Virus record (IMG/VR): IMGVR_UViG_3300034069_000756
Location: 1-39,452 of that record
Source: a virus
Direction: 5' to 3' (one strand)
Length of the DNA: 39,452 nt
The notes under the pieces are model-generated. The model had not been told where the DNA came from. It was given only the letters and a program-made list of their open reading frames with translations, and ran no database searches. The position numbers were made by a program, and so were the translations under genes. Positions 1 through 7,369 of the stretch are shown here, one piece after another. Numbering within the stretch: position 1 is the stretch's first letter; the number at the start of each line of letters is the position of its first letter.

Positions 1-141
1 CGGCGTTGCGGAGGGCGACGATTAGGGCGGCGTTCTCCTTCATCGGGAACACGCCGTTCATGTCCTCATCCCACGTCGACGCAAGGTGGCCGGTATGAGG
101 CTGCCGCGTCCAAATGCAGGTTTCGTGCGGCTCGTTCTCAG
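1..141. repeat. Terminal direct repeat copy 1 (circular-closure overlap)
   Basis: Base-for-base identical to 39312..39452 when read by eye (cggcgttgcggagggcgacg...gctcgttctcag). Confidence 0.95.
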
Positions 142-205
142 TAAGCCACGGCCCCGGCGTTGCCGCCTGTTCCAGCGCCCGCAGTTCAGATAGGTCTACC
201 TTCAT
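1..205 (-). CDS. Ead/Ea22-like protein, N-terminal part (gene wraps the circle and continues at 39311..39145; 123 aa in total)
   Basis: ATG at 205 in an ATGA overlap with the stop of the 202..429 ORF. It is in frame (48 codons) with the M at position 61 (= 39372). N-terminus MKVDLSELRALEQAATPGPWLTENE resembles the Ead/Ea22-like signature. Confidence 0.6.
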   Translation of the reverse strand, partial: MKVDLSELRALEQAATPGPWLTENEPHETCIWTRQPHTGHLASTWDEDMNGVFPMKENAALIVALRNA

Positions 206-429
206 GGCTGCTTGTCCTTAGTCGGCAGCGCGAGGGCGTTGCGATATGCGTTGAACTCGTGAACACACTGAGTTAAGTCGTTCAGGTCGCCACGTAGGTT
301 AGCCAAATCAACCTTGCTCAATTCAGCCGGGGTCTTCGCGTCGATCAGTGCAGCAATGTCACCGGCGTGCTTGAAGGCCTGCCGATATCGCGCGTTCATA
401 GACCGCGTGAGGTCGCGCTCGCTCTTCAT
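202..429 (-). CDS. Hypothetical early protein (75 aa)
   Basis: Internal M of the 202..513 ORF (MKSERDLTRS...). ATGA overlaps at both ends couple it to its neighbours. Confidence 0.5.
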   Translation of the reverse strand: MKSERDLTRSMNARYRQAFKHAGDIAALIDAKTPAELSKVDLANLRGDLNDLTQCVHEFNAYRNALALPTKDKQP

Positions 430-899
430 GGGTGAGGCTCCTGGCGAATGGCGGCAGCGATATCGTGAGCAATGCGGGCGGCGGGGTACAGGCGCTCCGC
501 AATTCGCGCGCACCTTTCCCGCTCGGCTGCTACGGCTGCGGGAGTGCGGGTTCGCCAGAAGTCTGAACGGGCTAAAACGAACTCGGCGGCATCGCGCCGA
601 AGCGAGGGTGAAAGGTCAATGTCTGGCGTACTCGCGCACCAATCCGCGAGCCCGGCTGAGATCGCATCCCGTAGGCCCTGCGTCACCTCTCCATCTACGC
701 CAGCCATCTGATCGGGGGTGGCGACCTCGCGGGCGAAGGCGAGCATGGCGGCGACGGCCGTATCCGCGTCAATGGCTATCCCGCCTAGCGAACCTTCCCG
801 CACAAGAGTGGCGAACACAGGATGATATTTCTCACCCGGTTCGTTCATGCTGTCAGCCAGCACCTCTCGCGCCTTCACCTCTAGTGGGTTGTCAGCCAT
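426..899 (-). CDS. Hypothetical early protein (157 aa)
   Basis: Start MADNPLEV is preceded by GGGAGGA. Its stop overlaps the next start. Confidence 0.55.
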   Translation of the reverse strand: MADNPLEVKAREVLADSMNEPGEKYHPVFATLVREGSLGGIAIDADTAVAAMLAFAREVATPDQMAGVDGEVTQGLRDAISAGLADWCASTPDIDLSPSLRRDAAEFVLARSDFWRTRTPAAVAAERERCARIAERLYPAARIAHDIAAAIRQEPHP

Positions 900-1281
900 G
901 CGATCCTCCCGATGTGTCTTGGGCGATGCCATCGCTATCGCTTGAAAAGAGGGCGACCAGCGCAGTCATATCGGCTTCGGCCAATTCTTCAGCCTCGCGG
1001 ATGATCGTCGGCAGCATCATGGTGACGGCAGCCTCTATGTACCCGGCGGCCTCACGGGCGCCGTCGCAGGAGCCCGCAAAAGTTGGCGTCCATTCAATTT
1101 CGCCGGCATCTTTCCCGACACACTTAGCGCCATACTGCGCAAACCACTTCGCCGCCTTCTCTGCCGGCCGGGCGCGCGCAGTCGCTGCCGCCACGGCGAC
1201 GGCCTTTGCTTGTGCTACCCGGAATTGATCTAAGCGGCTCTGCGCTGGTGCCGACAGGCACGCGCCATCACTCTGTTTCAT
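892..1281 (-). CDS. Hypothetical early protein (129 aa)
   Basis: Start MKQSDGA is preceded by AAGGAGGA. The upstream part of the tracked ORF is Pro/Arg-rich and unlikely to be coding. Confidence 0.5.
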   Translation of the reverse strand: MKQSDGACLSAPAQSRLDQFRVAQAKAVAVAAATARARPAEKAAKWFAQYGAKCVGKDAGEIEWTPTFAGSCDGAREAAGYIEAAVTMMLPTIIREAEELAEADMTALVALFSSDSDGIAQDTSGGSHG

Positions 1282-1468
1282 GCGATCCTCCTTGGGTAAG
1301 GGCGGCGCGTGCGTTGTTGGCAGCCGTGTTGCAGGCGCGAGCGAGCGCGGCGTAAGCATCGGTGTGACGGCGCTTCCAGCCGGCACCACGGGGCTTTTCG
1401 GCCTCAATCGCGTCGCAGGCGTCTGCCAGCTTACCGACCCGGCGCTCGTCTAACGGTAGCGGGCTCAC
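1268..1468 (-). CDS. Hypothetical small protein (66 aa, GTG start)
   Basis: GTGA overlap with the stop of 1465..1785. A G-rich SD lies upstream. Confidence 0.4.
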   Translation of the reverse strand: MSPLPLDERRVGKLADACDAIEAEKPRGAGWKRRHTDAYAALARACNTAANNARAALTQGGSHETE

Positions 1469-1785
1469 TTCCCGCCCCCCGCAGGCGTGTAGCTGTCGCT
1501 CGATCCTGTGGCGGCAGCAGCGGCGGAGCCCGACTTGACGACTAGCGGTGACTGACCTCCCGCCCACGGCATCCGAGAACGCAGTTCGGCGAGTTCGGCG
1601 GCGCTGACCAGCACCATCCCCGCTGGCACGCTATCGGTGTTCTGGGTGGCGGCAAGAGCGTCGCGAAGGTCGCGCACCGGCTTGTCGTCACCATAAACCC
1701 GCATCCCACTGACACCGACCCAGTCGAGCAACGCTTGCGCCGCCTCCCGCACCGATTGTGGGATGATCTCGTTATTGGCTGGCAT
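1465..1785 (-). CDS. Hypothetical early protein (106 aa)
   Basis: Ordinary-looking sequence (MPANNEIIPQSVREAAQALLDW...) inside the coupled operon. Confidence 0.55.
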   Translation of the reverse strand: MPANNEIIPQSVREAAQALLDWVGVSGMRVYGDDKPVRDLRDALAATQNTDSVPAGMVLVSAAELAELRSRMPWAGGQSPLVVKSGSAAAAATGSSDSYTPAGGGK

Positions 1786-2065
1786 GAGAGGGCTCCTCCG
1801 CTAAAGATTGACGAACGCGGGCCAACAGCGCGTCCCCGGCTGCGTCGATAAACGCGCTCATGTCTCCGCGTCGGAGAGCGTTTCTAGCCGCAAGCCGGGC
1901 CGCGATTTCCTCTTGTCTAGGGTCGGCCCGCAAAGCGACGTGCCACCCCTTCACCGGGTCATGTACTGCCGACCAGTTCTTCAACAGGTGTTTCGGCTTG
2001 TGCTGCTCGCGCTTAGCGGCAAGCGCCTGTGCTTCTTCACGCGTCACGGCTTCGATCCTCATCAT
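1772..2065 (-). CDS. Hypothetical early protein (about 97 aa; start uncertain, 2065/2062/2110)
   Basis: ORF 1772..2110. The MMRIEAVTREEAQ start minimises overlap with the upstream gene. Confidence 0.45.
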   Translation of the reverse strand: MMRIEAVTREEAQALAAKREQHKPKHLLKNWSAVHDPVKGWHVALRADPRQEEIAARLAARNALRRGDMSAFIDAAGDALLARVRQSLAEEPSHASQ

Positions 2066-2558
2066 TGGTGGGCGGGGATGCGAGGGCGGCGATCTGACGG
2101 GCGCGCTCATAGTGACGGGAGTCGTACCTGATTGGCTGGTCTTCGTGGTACGGTGTGCCGAAACTAGAATTGCCGGCCATGTCCCTCACGAGAGCCAGCG
2201 CCTCCCGTAATCCGTCGGGCTCACCTACAGGCTGTGTGGGGTGGAGGGCGGCGCGACCGTTCGCCCAGTCGCAACCCGGCCGGTCACACTTGACGCGCGC
2301 TCGCTGTACGCTTGTCGTTCGCGACAGAGCGGTCGATGCGTTGTAATGGTCGAGCATCATTGCATAGTTTGCTACGTCGACCGGATCACCTTTAGCGATG
2401 TGGTCGTGCAGCATTGGCAGGAGGAATGACGGCCCACACTGGTCGGGATTGTCCCAGCCGGAACGGCCTTTTTCACGAGCGTGTGCTAGTTTGCCCTTCA
2501 TTTTAGCCGCAAATCGATCAACCGCCTGATCGTCGGAGTGCGCCTCTCGCTCTACCAT
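2037..2558 (-). CDS. Hypothetical protein; the N-terminal helical region is reminiscent of phage NTP-pyrophosphohydrolase-like domains
   Basis: Start MVEREAH with AGGGA 9 nt upstream. The segment FAAKMKGKLAHAREKGRSGWDN...HIAKGDPVDVANYAMML resembles phage dNTP-diphosphohydrolase N-terminal domains. This is an impression only. Confidence 0.3.
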   Translation of the reverse strand: MVEREAHSDDQAVDRFAAKMKGKLAHAREKGRSGWDNPDQCGPSFLLPMLHDHIAKGDPVDVANYAMMLDHYNASTALSRTTSVQRARVKCDRPGCDWANGRAALHPTQPVGEPDGLREALALVRDMAGNSSFGTPYHEDQPIRYDSRHYERARQIAALASPPTNDEDRSRDA

Positions 2559-2639
2559 GTTGCTCGATCCCTCTGGATGGTTGGGGCTGGTCATTGGGCG
2601 GCTCACCCGGAGCCATTCCCGCTACCCGGTTCTGTTTGG

Positions 2640-3026
2640 TTATGATTGCACCGAACGGGCGAGCGCGGCTTTGGCCTGCTCAATCATGTTGATCGTCACA
2701 TGAGAAGGACGCCGAAATGCGGTACTAATCTCGCTTCGGAACTCGCGCCAAGCCTTGTCAGCCGCTACTTCATCTTCATACTGCTGGCGCGACAGATAGC
2801 AGCGATCACGAAGGCCGAAGCCGCTATTGTCGACATAAAGACTTCTGAGGTCGATCCTGCCACGCTGGCGAGCCGGGTGTTCAGCATCAGTGATTGTTGC
2901 CCACTTACGACCCACTTTGGACACAATGACATAATTGCCCTGTGTCGTTCTTCCGCGCGCCTCTACAAGCCATAGCCGGTCGCCGACCTTGAGCGGGGGT
3001 GCCACGGTAAGTTCATCATCATCCAT
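2640..3026 (-). CDS. Hypothetical early protein (128 aa)
   Basis: Clean ORF on the operon strand. No family recognised. Confidence 0.55.
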   Translation of the reverse strand: MDDDELTVAPPLKVGDRLWLVEARGRTTQGNYVIVSKVGRKWATITDAEHPARQRGRIDLRSLYVDNSGFGLRDRCYLSRQQYEDEVAADKAWREFRSEISTAFRRPSHVTINMIEQAKAALARSVQS

Positions 3027-3282
3027 GACGGCTATCCTCGTCTAACAGGTAGGCTTTCAGGGCGATGCCGAGCGGTGTGAGGCGGTAGTAGGTGCATTGC
3101 GCGCACCCATCTTGCCATTCTCGCTGGCATAGCTGCGGGCACTTCGTCGCCAAGGCTGCAACAGACTGGCGAGATAGCGACCTAGGCGCCGGGGTAAACT
3201 CGGCCGAAAGGGCAACTACAGCCGCCCGCATCCCCTTCGTCAGCTTTCCCGCCAGTACCGAGAGATCGTTGCCGGGCTTCAT
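3019..3282 (-). CDS. Hypothetical early protein (87 aa)
   Basis: ORF on the operon strand that overlaps its neighbours at both ends. Confidence 0.5.
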   Translation of the reverse strand: MKPGNDLSVLAGKLTKGMRAAVVALSAEFTPAPRSLSRQSVAALATKCPQLCQREWQDGCAQCTYYRLTPLGIALKAYLLDEDSRHG

Positions 3283-3980
3283 GCGGCGAGCCTTTCAAGT
3301 CGATCGGCGTACGCTTCGACACCGCGCCACTCGTCCGGAGTGCCGGCGAAGAGGCGCAGTCGATAGCGGTGATGGTTCTGGGCAAGGCTGGTGCTGTCAC
3401 AACTCACGAACGGGTAATCACCGCCGACTGCCACGCCGCGAAGCATGTGCGTCACCGGCCACTGATTACCGAACAACGTGGCCACCTCGTCCATGCGAGC
3501 GCGGTAGGCATCGCAGCCTACCGGCTCACGCTTCGGATCGCCGATCCAGCCAAGGCATACCCGGTCGAACCGCTCACACAGGCGCCCAAGCCGATCAATC
3601 GGTCCATCCATGTGCCAGACCGGCGCGCCCCGCGAGCGGCCGAATGGCCACTCGTTCAGCAGGCCATCGTTGAGCTGGGACGGCGCGGCCGGCTTGTCAG
3701 GAACTACCGCCCACCGACCGGGCGTAAACAGCCTATCCTCAAGCCAAGCATAGTAGGTCGACCAGTCGTTGCGACCAGCCTCCATCGGGTCGATGCCAGC
3801 CCGGACAGCGGCCATCCAGTAGGAGAACGCCCCGTTATCGTACATGACGAAAGGAGCCTGTGCCTCAACCTGGGCGGTGCTGTCTGGGCGATAGAAGCTG
3901 ACGCAGAACGCGCGCGCACCGGCAGCGGTAAGCGCCTCACGCGGGGTTAGCGGCGTGCCGTGGTAGACCAGCGCCATCAT
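3279..3980 (-). CDS. TGT-fold / DpdA-like transglycosylase candidate (233 aa)
   Basis: ATGA coupling to the upstream gene. The motifs VMYDNGAFSYW (compare DSGGFQ/DSGAF) and VSCDSTSLAQ (compare FDC/FDS) match the two catalytic-Asp motifs of tRNA-guanine transglycosylase and DpdA enzymes. Confidence 0.45.
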   Translation of the reverse strand: MMALVYHGTPLTPREALTAAGARAFCVSFYRPDSTAQVEAQAPFVMYDNGAFSYWMAAVRAGIDPMEAGRNDWSTYYAWLEDRLFTPGRWAVVPDKPAAPSQLNDGLLNEWPFGRSRGAPVWHMDGPIDRLGRLCERFDRVCLGWIGDPKREPVGCDAYRARMDEVATLFGNQWPVTHMLRGVAVGGDYPFVSCDSTSLAQNHHRYRLRLFAGTPDEWRGVEAYADRLERLAA

Positions 3981-4276
3981 GCGACCCACCGGGCATGAAT
4001 GCCCTCAGCATCGCGGCGCACTTCGACCTCGACGCAGTTGACCAGCGTCCCGACCGCGCGCGCAATGTCCTCGTTCCACTCTAGATCAACCGGAAGCGGC
4101 TTGCCCTCCCAGCCGGCGAGCAGCATGTCGAGCCCGGCCTTGTGCAGGCGAGCGTCAATCCGTGTTGGGCAGTCAAACCACGCGGTGACGTGCCAGCGGT
4201 GAACATGAAGCTCTGGTTCGGCGCAGCGATGCGCGGCCGTGAACGATCCACTCACGCCGATAAGGACCCCGCTCAT
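3977..4276 (-). CDS. QueD / 6-pyruvoyl-tetrahydropterin synthase-like protein, short form (99 aa)
   Basis: SGSFTAAHRCAEPELHVHRWHVTAWF parallels E. coli QueD FEAAHRL..HKCGRLHGHSFMV (the His, Cys, HxH zinc and catalytic set). The C-terminal Asp-His pair is not seen. Confidence 0.45.
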   Translation of the reverse strand: MSGVLIGVSGSFTAAHRCAEPELHVHRWHVTAWFDCPTRIDARLHKAGLDMLLAGWEGKPLPVDLEWNEDIARAVGTLVNCVEVEVRRDAEGIHARWVA

Positions 4277-4422
4277 ATCGTCACCTCACTGACGCTATTG
4301 GTGGGGGAGGCAGGAACCTTGGGGACGTACAGCGTCGGCCTGTCAGCGTCGCGAAGCGGCCATACCGGAGTGCCGTCAGGGCGGCGGCGCTCGGAGCGCG
4401 CGAGGATGTCGCGGTAGGTCAT
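4273..4422 (-). CDS. Small hypothetical protein (49 aa, below the ORF-track cutoff)
   Basis: Hand-translated as MTYRDILARSERRRPDGTPVWPLRDADRPTLYVPKVPASPTNSVSEVTI. ATGA overlaps at both ends. Confidence 0.4.
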   Translation of the reverse strand: MTYRDILARSERRRPDGTPVWPLRDADRPTLYVPKVPASPTNSVSEVTI

Positions 4423-4817
4423 GCCGCCCACTCCCGCCGCACCGGTTCCGACCAGCGCACGTCATGCTCGGCACCGAACGCGAACATCGCTTCAATGATC
4501 TCGCTCATCTCGCCCTTGCGGAGCGAGCTGGAGCGATAGCCAACAGGCACCACCCCGCCTTCTAGGCCGGGCTCCCACTCGACCTTGTGGCCGCAGGCGT
4601 CCATGAACAGCGCCTTCCACTTGTCGGTGGACAGCACCCTCCCGCCGGGCTTGGCCCGCGCAATATCGGACAGCATGGCCCACATGCGGGTGTTCTGCTC
4701 AGTGGTGCGCGTTGCCTCGCTGACATTGACCACTGCCCCGACCGGAGCGGCGTCGATCAGCTTCTTGGCGAGGGCGCGTTGAACGTCCCCGACCAGGCGG
4801 ACGGTCTGGCCCCTCAT
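4419..4817 (-). CDS. ninB: NinB/Orf-family recombination mediator
   Basis: RTTEQNTRMWAMLSDIA...DKWKALFMDA matches the NinB family pattern. It lies in the recombination module. Confidence 0.7.
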   Translation of the reverse strand: MRGQTVRLVGDVQRALAKKLIDAAPVGAVVNVSEATRTTEQNTRMWAMLSDIARAKPGGRVLSTDKWKALFMDACGHKVEWEPGLEGGVVPVGYRSSSLRKGEMSEIIEAMFAFGAEHDVRWSEPVRREWAA

Positions 4818-5128
4818 ATCCCGCTTTCCCAGAGTTGGCGGGCACGCTCCAGCAGGTCGATGCCGTAGGTTGCCGTGAAGCCGGCATGGCCAAGCGCTTC
4901 GACGCTCTCATGCGGGCCGAACTGGATCATGTGGTGCTTCGGGCACAGCGGCACGATCCGCTCATGCGTGCGGGTCAGGCGCTGGTAGCCGTCGCTGGTG
5001 ACGTGATGCACCGTCGAGGGGCTATCGCAGACTAAGCACCCCATCGCGGCCACGCGCGTCAGGTGACGGCTTTCGGCTGCGGTGTTGGCCCTGCGGCGGT
5101 ACGGTTTCATGGGGGAGCGCGCGAGCAT
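4814..5128 (-). CDS. Ref/DUF968-like HNH nuclease
   Basis: CLVCDSPSTVHHV...PLCPKHHM is a Cys/His HNH-type motif. AGGAG lies 7 nt upstream of the ATG. Confidence 0.6.
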   Translation of the reverse strand: MLARSPMKPYRRRANTAAESRHLTRVAAMGCLVCDSPSTVHHVTSDGYQRLTRTHERIVPLCPKHHMIQFGPHESVEALGHAGFTATYGIDLLERARQLWESGI

Positions 5129-5138
5129 CTGTCAGCTC

Positions 5139-5759
5139 CTAAAAAGGAATGTCGTCTTCAAGCTCGGCGTTGCGCCAAGCGTCCGGATCATTCGCATCGG
5201 TCTTGCCGGTGGCGACCACCTGACCCTCGATCTTCTCGCGGAGCCATTTAGGCAGCTTGTCCAGCGAACCCGTGTTGTCGTTATCGTATAGGGTGGTGCC
5301 GTTCTCAGCCTCGGGCGCGGGCATCCCCTTCGGCATCCCACCGATTGCGCCGACGTTGGCATAGGTCTTGCCGTCCTTGCTATTGTGGACGATCGAGATC
5401 ATCGCCCCAACCCCGAGCAACCGGGAAATGTCAAAGCCCTTCAACTCGGCTTCGGTGAACGCCCGGCCGCGCCAAGACTGGAGGTCCTTGCGAAGGTTAG
5501 CCTTCTCGCCGAGCGAAGCGGTGTAGGTCTTGCCGATGACAACCGGGCCTTCCTGCTTCTGGTTGTTGCCATCGGTCCACTCGGTACGCTCGCCGGGGAT
5601 TTGCCATCGGACGTAGATCTGGTGCTTGACGCTCTCGACGCCCGAATAAGTCGTCTTCTGCTTGCCGAGATCGACAACCATGTCGCAAACCGCGAAGTGG
5701 GTGCCCTCGGGCGCAGGGGTGAAGTCACCGCCGCCGGTATCGCTAACGATAAGCGCCAT
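5139..5759 (-). CDS. Phage single-stranded DNA-binding protein (DUF669-like) with an SSB-type acidic tail
   Basis: The C-terminus ...NAELEDDIPF copies the bacterial SSB DDDIPF tip. The N-terminus MALIVSDTGGGDFTPAPEGTH is typical of DUF669. Confidence 0.65.
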   Translation of the reverse strand: MALIVSDTGGGDFTPAPEGTHFAVCDMVVDLGKQKTTYSGVESVKHQIYVRWQIPGERTEWTDGNNQKQEGPVVIGKTYTASLGEKANLRKDLQSWRGRAFTEAELKGFDISRLLGVGAMISIVHNSKDGKTYANVGAIGGMPKGMPAPEAENGTTLYDNDNTGSLDKLPKWLREKIEGQVVATGKTDANDPDAWRNAELEDDIPF

Positions 5760-6250
5760 TATTTCCTCCTGATGATGATGGATGGCCGGGCCGGTTCTGC
5801 GGTCAGCCAGTTGGGCAGCGTCCCGTCAGGCGAGTACGCGGCGTTGATCTTCGCCATGCTCGGCGTGGTCTTCATCTCACACAGCGCGTCAGGTACGGCG
5901 GCCTTGTCGGTGATCGCCAGCTTGGCCGCCACGGTGCGGAGCGACAGGGTGGCCTCGGGCAGCGTCAGCTTGCCCCGGCCGACCGCGCCCATGATCGCCG
6001 CCAGCGCCTTGCGGTATGCGTCCAGGCGAGCGTCGTAGCGGTCACGGCGGGCCTTGCGGCTCTCCATCTGCGCCGTGAGCGCGTCCCGGTCGCCCTCGTC
6101 CCGCTCCATGGCGTTCAAGATGCGTTGCAGCACGTCCAGGGCGTCGGTTTCGCCCTCCAGCATGTCGAGCAACAGCCGGTCGTCGTCGCCGTCCTCCGCA
6201 AGCATGTCGCGGACGCGGCGGATCGCAGCGAGGGTGAGGTCGACCCTCAT
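5759..6250 (-). CDS. Siphovirus Gp157-like protein
   Basis: Acidic coiled-coil N-terminus (LLDMLEGETDALDVLQRIL) followed by TLSLRTVAAKLAITD...; it sits next to the DUF669 SSB, as in many phages. Confidence 0.5.
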   Translation of the reverse strand: MRVDLTLAAIRRVRDMLAEDGDDDRLLLDMLEGETDALDVLQRILNAMERDEGDRDALTAQMESRKARRDRYDARLDAYRKALAAIMGAVGRGKLTLPEATLSLRTVAAKLAITDKAAVPDALCEMKTTPSMAKINAAYSPDGTLPNWLTAEPARPSIIIRRK

Positions 6251-6435
6251 GCCTCGCCTCCTGCCGCAAGGATGCGAGCGCGGCGGATCATGGTCCGCAC
6301 AGTGGTGTTGTGAACCCGCTTGCGCACTGGCTCGAAGCCGAAGGTTCCCCGGCTAAGCGCCCGCTCCAAGCGAACAACCCGTGCTAGCGGGTGACGGCCG
6401 TAGGCGGTGTCGATCTGGAGGCTGGCGAGACTCAT
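6247..6435 (-). CDS. Small hypothetical protein (62 aa)
   Basis: ORF with overlapping start and stop inside the operon. Confidence 0.4.
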   Translation of the reverse strand: MSLASLQIDTAYGRHPLARVVRLERALSRGTFGFEPVRKRVHNTTVRTMIRRARILAAGGEA

Positions 6436-6959
6436 GCCGCCCTCCCCAGCAACGCTGCATCGAAAGCAGCGTTATGCTCGTCAGTGACGACGCGGATGGC
6501 CTGATCGACGCTGGTGGTATTTTCCTCCAGCCAGTCGTTGAAGGCGTCGGCCGCTTCGGTTTCGTCGTCGGTGTCACCGATCCCGCACCGCTCGTCGGAA
6601 ATGAAGCTGTCCCGGATGCCATCGAGCATTGCAAACAGGGCTTTCCGGGCGCCTGCAACCTCGGCGCGAGCGCAGCGATAGTCACGCTCCTGCCACGTCT
6701 CAGGGTCACGGAAACGCCGCCCCTTCCCGGCCTCGACCACGGCAGCAAGCAAGGGCTCGTCGGCCGCGTCCTCCAGCACGAACATGGCCTTGATGATTGG
6801 CCGGGCATGATCGACCCAAGCGTTGCAGGCGCGCAGCTTGGCCGGGTCGTTGGCGTACATGCTGTCGGCGCCACCAGCGGTAGCGATGGCGTCTTCGGCC
6901 ATAGCAGCGAGAATACCTAGCCCGCGCCTGTCGAGCGTTTCGAAAGCCGGCGCGCTCAC
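6432..6959 (-). CDS. Hypothetical early protein (175 aa, GTG start)
   Basis: GTGA overlap with the upstream 57-aa ORF. Acidic protein, no family recognised. Confidence 0.55.
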   Translation of the reverse strand: MSAPAFETLDRRGLGILAAMAEDAIATAGGADSMYANDPAKLRACNAWVDHARPIIKAMFVLEDAADEPLLAAVVEAGKGRRFRDPETWQERDYRCARAEVAGARKALFAMLDGIRDSFISDERCGIGDTDDETEAADAFNDWLEENTTSVDQAIRVVTDEHNAAFDAALLGRAA

Positions 6960-7129
6960 AGCCCCTTCCTCGCCATGCGAGAGATGAGGTGATCGTATTC
7001 CTCGTCGGTGAGCGGGCAGGTGCGGCGCTCAAGAGCGAGCTGGTCGAAGTGACCCTGGATCAGGGCGCGGCGCAAAGCGCGGCGAGCTAGCTCAACCTTG
7101 CCGGCGGGGGTGATGGGGGACTGGAACAT
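6956..7129 (-). CDS. First gene of the leftward early operon (57 aa, below the track cutoff)
   Basis: Hand-translated as MFQSPITPAGKVELARRALRRALIQGHFDQLALERRTCPLTDEEYDHLISRMARKGL. GGGGAG SD lies 6 nt upstream. Confidence 0.5.
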   Translation of the reverse strand: MFQSPITPAGKVELARRALRRALIQGHFDQLALERRTCPLTDEEYDHLISRMARKGL

Positions 7130-7161
7130 CGGTTGCTCCCCAGGCTGGATGCCTGTTGAAC

Positions 7162-7192
7162 AACATATCCGCTTTTCGGATTACCCTGTCAA
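7162..7192 (-). promoter_or_regulatory. PL-like early leftward promoter
   Basis: The minus strand reads TTGACA (7192..7187), then a 17-19 nt spacer, then GATATGTT (-10 region, about 7169..7162). Both operator palindromes overlap it. Confidence 0.55.
7167..7181. promoter_or_regulatory. Operator palindrome ATCCGCTTTTCGGAT (OL-type)
   Basis: 5+5 inverted repeat ATCCG/CGGAT. Same half-site as 7192..7206 and 8014..8030. Confidence 0.6.
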
Positions 7193-7206
7193 TCCGGTTT
7201 CCGGAT
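7192..7206. promoter_or_regulatory. Operator palindrome ATCCGGTTTCCGGAT (OL-type)
   Basis: 6+6 inverted repeat, 25 bp centre-to-centre from the first site, abutting the -35 element. Confidence 0.6.
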
Positions 7207-7210
7207 TATT

Positions 7211-7369
7211 TTACAGCCGGTCGGTCCGGTCCAGAAGCCGCAACACAGCTTCGTCATTGAGCGCGCGCAACCGATCCGCTATTTTGCCCAAACGATCAGC
7301 GACGAGACTCAACTGTATCATGATGCCGAAAAGGGCGGCAATCGTCAGGGCGCTTCCAAGGCCACTCAT
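7211..7369 (-). CDS. 52-aa single-pass membrane protein translationally coupled to the repressor
   Basis: Hand-translated as MSGLGSALTIAALFGIMIQLSLVADRLGKIADRLRALNDEAVLRLLDRTDRL. ATGA overlap with the repressor stop (7366..7369). Confidence 0.5.
   Translation of the reverse strand: MSGLGSALTIAALFGIMIQLSLVADRLGKIADRLRALNDEAVLRLLDRTDRL

Noticed and set aside
1-141. The terminal repeat as a biological direct terminal repeat (DTR) of the virion DNA.
   Set aside because: The repeat falls in the middle of a coding sequence of the early operon, and the terminase and virion module are P22-like, where headful packaging is expected. Assembly closure of a circular or permuted genome is the simpler explanation. 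It can be tested with read-start analysis.
314-1228. Long plus-strand ORF (304 aa) antisense to the early genes. Similar long ORFs are listed at 9856..10542, 15418..16428, 16358..17212, 17660..18445, 20457..21233, 29982..31259, 30689..31699 and 37467..38357.
   Set aside because: They are extremely Arg/Pro/Gly/Ala-rich, lack SD sequences, and lie antisense to or out of frame with genes that have clear family signatures. These are typical shadow ORFs of high-GC DNA.
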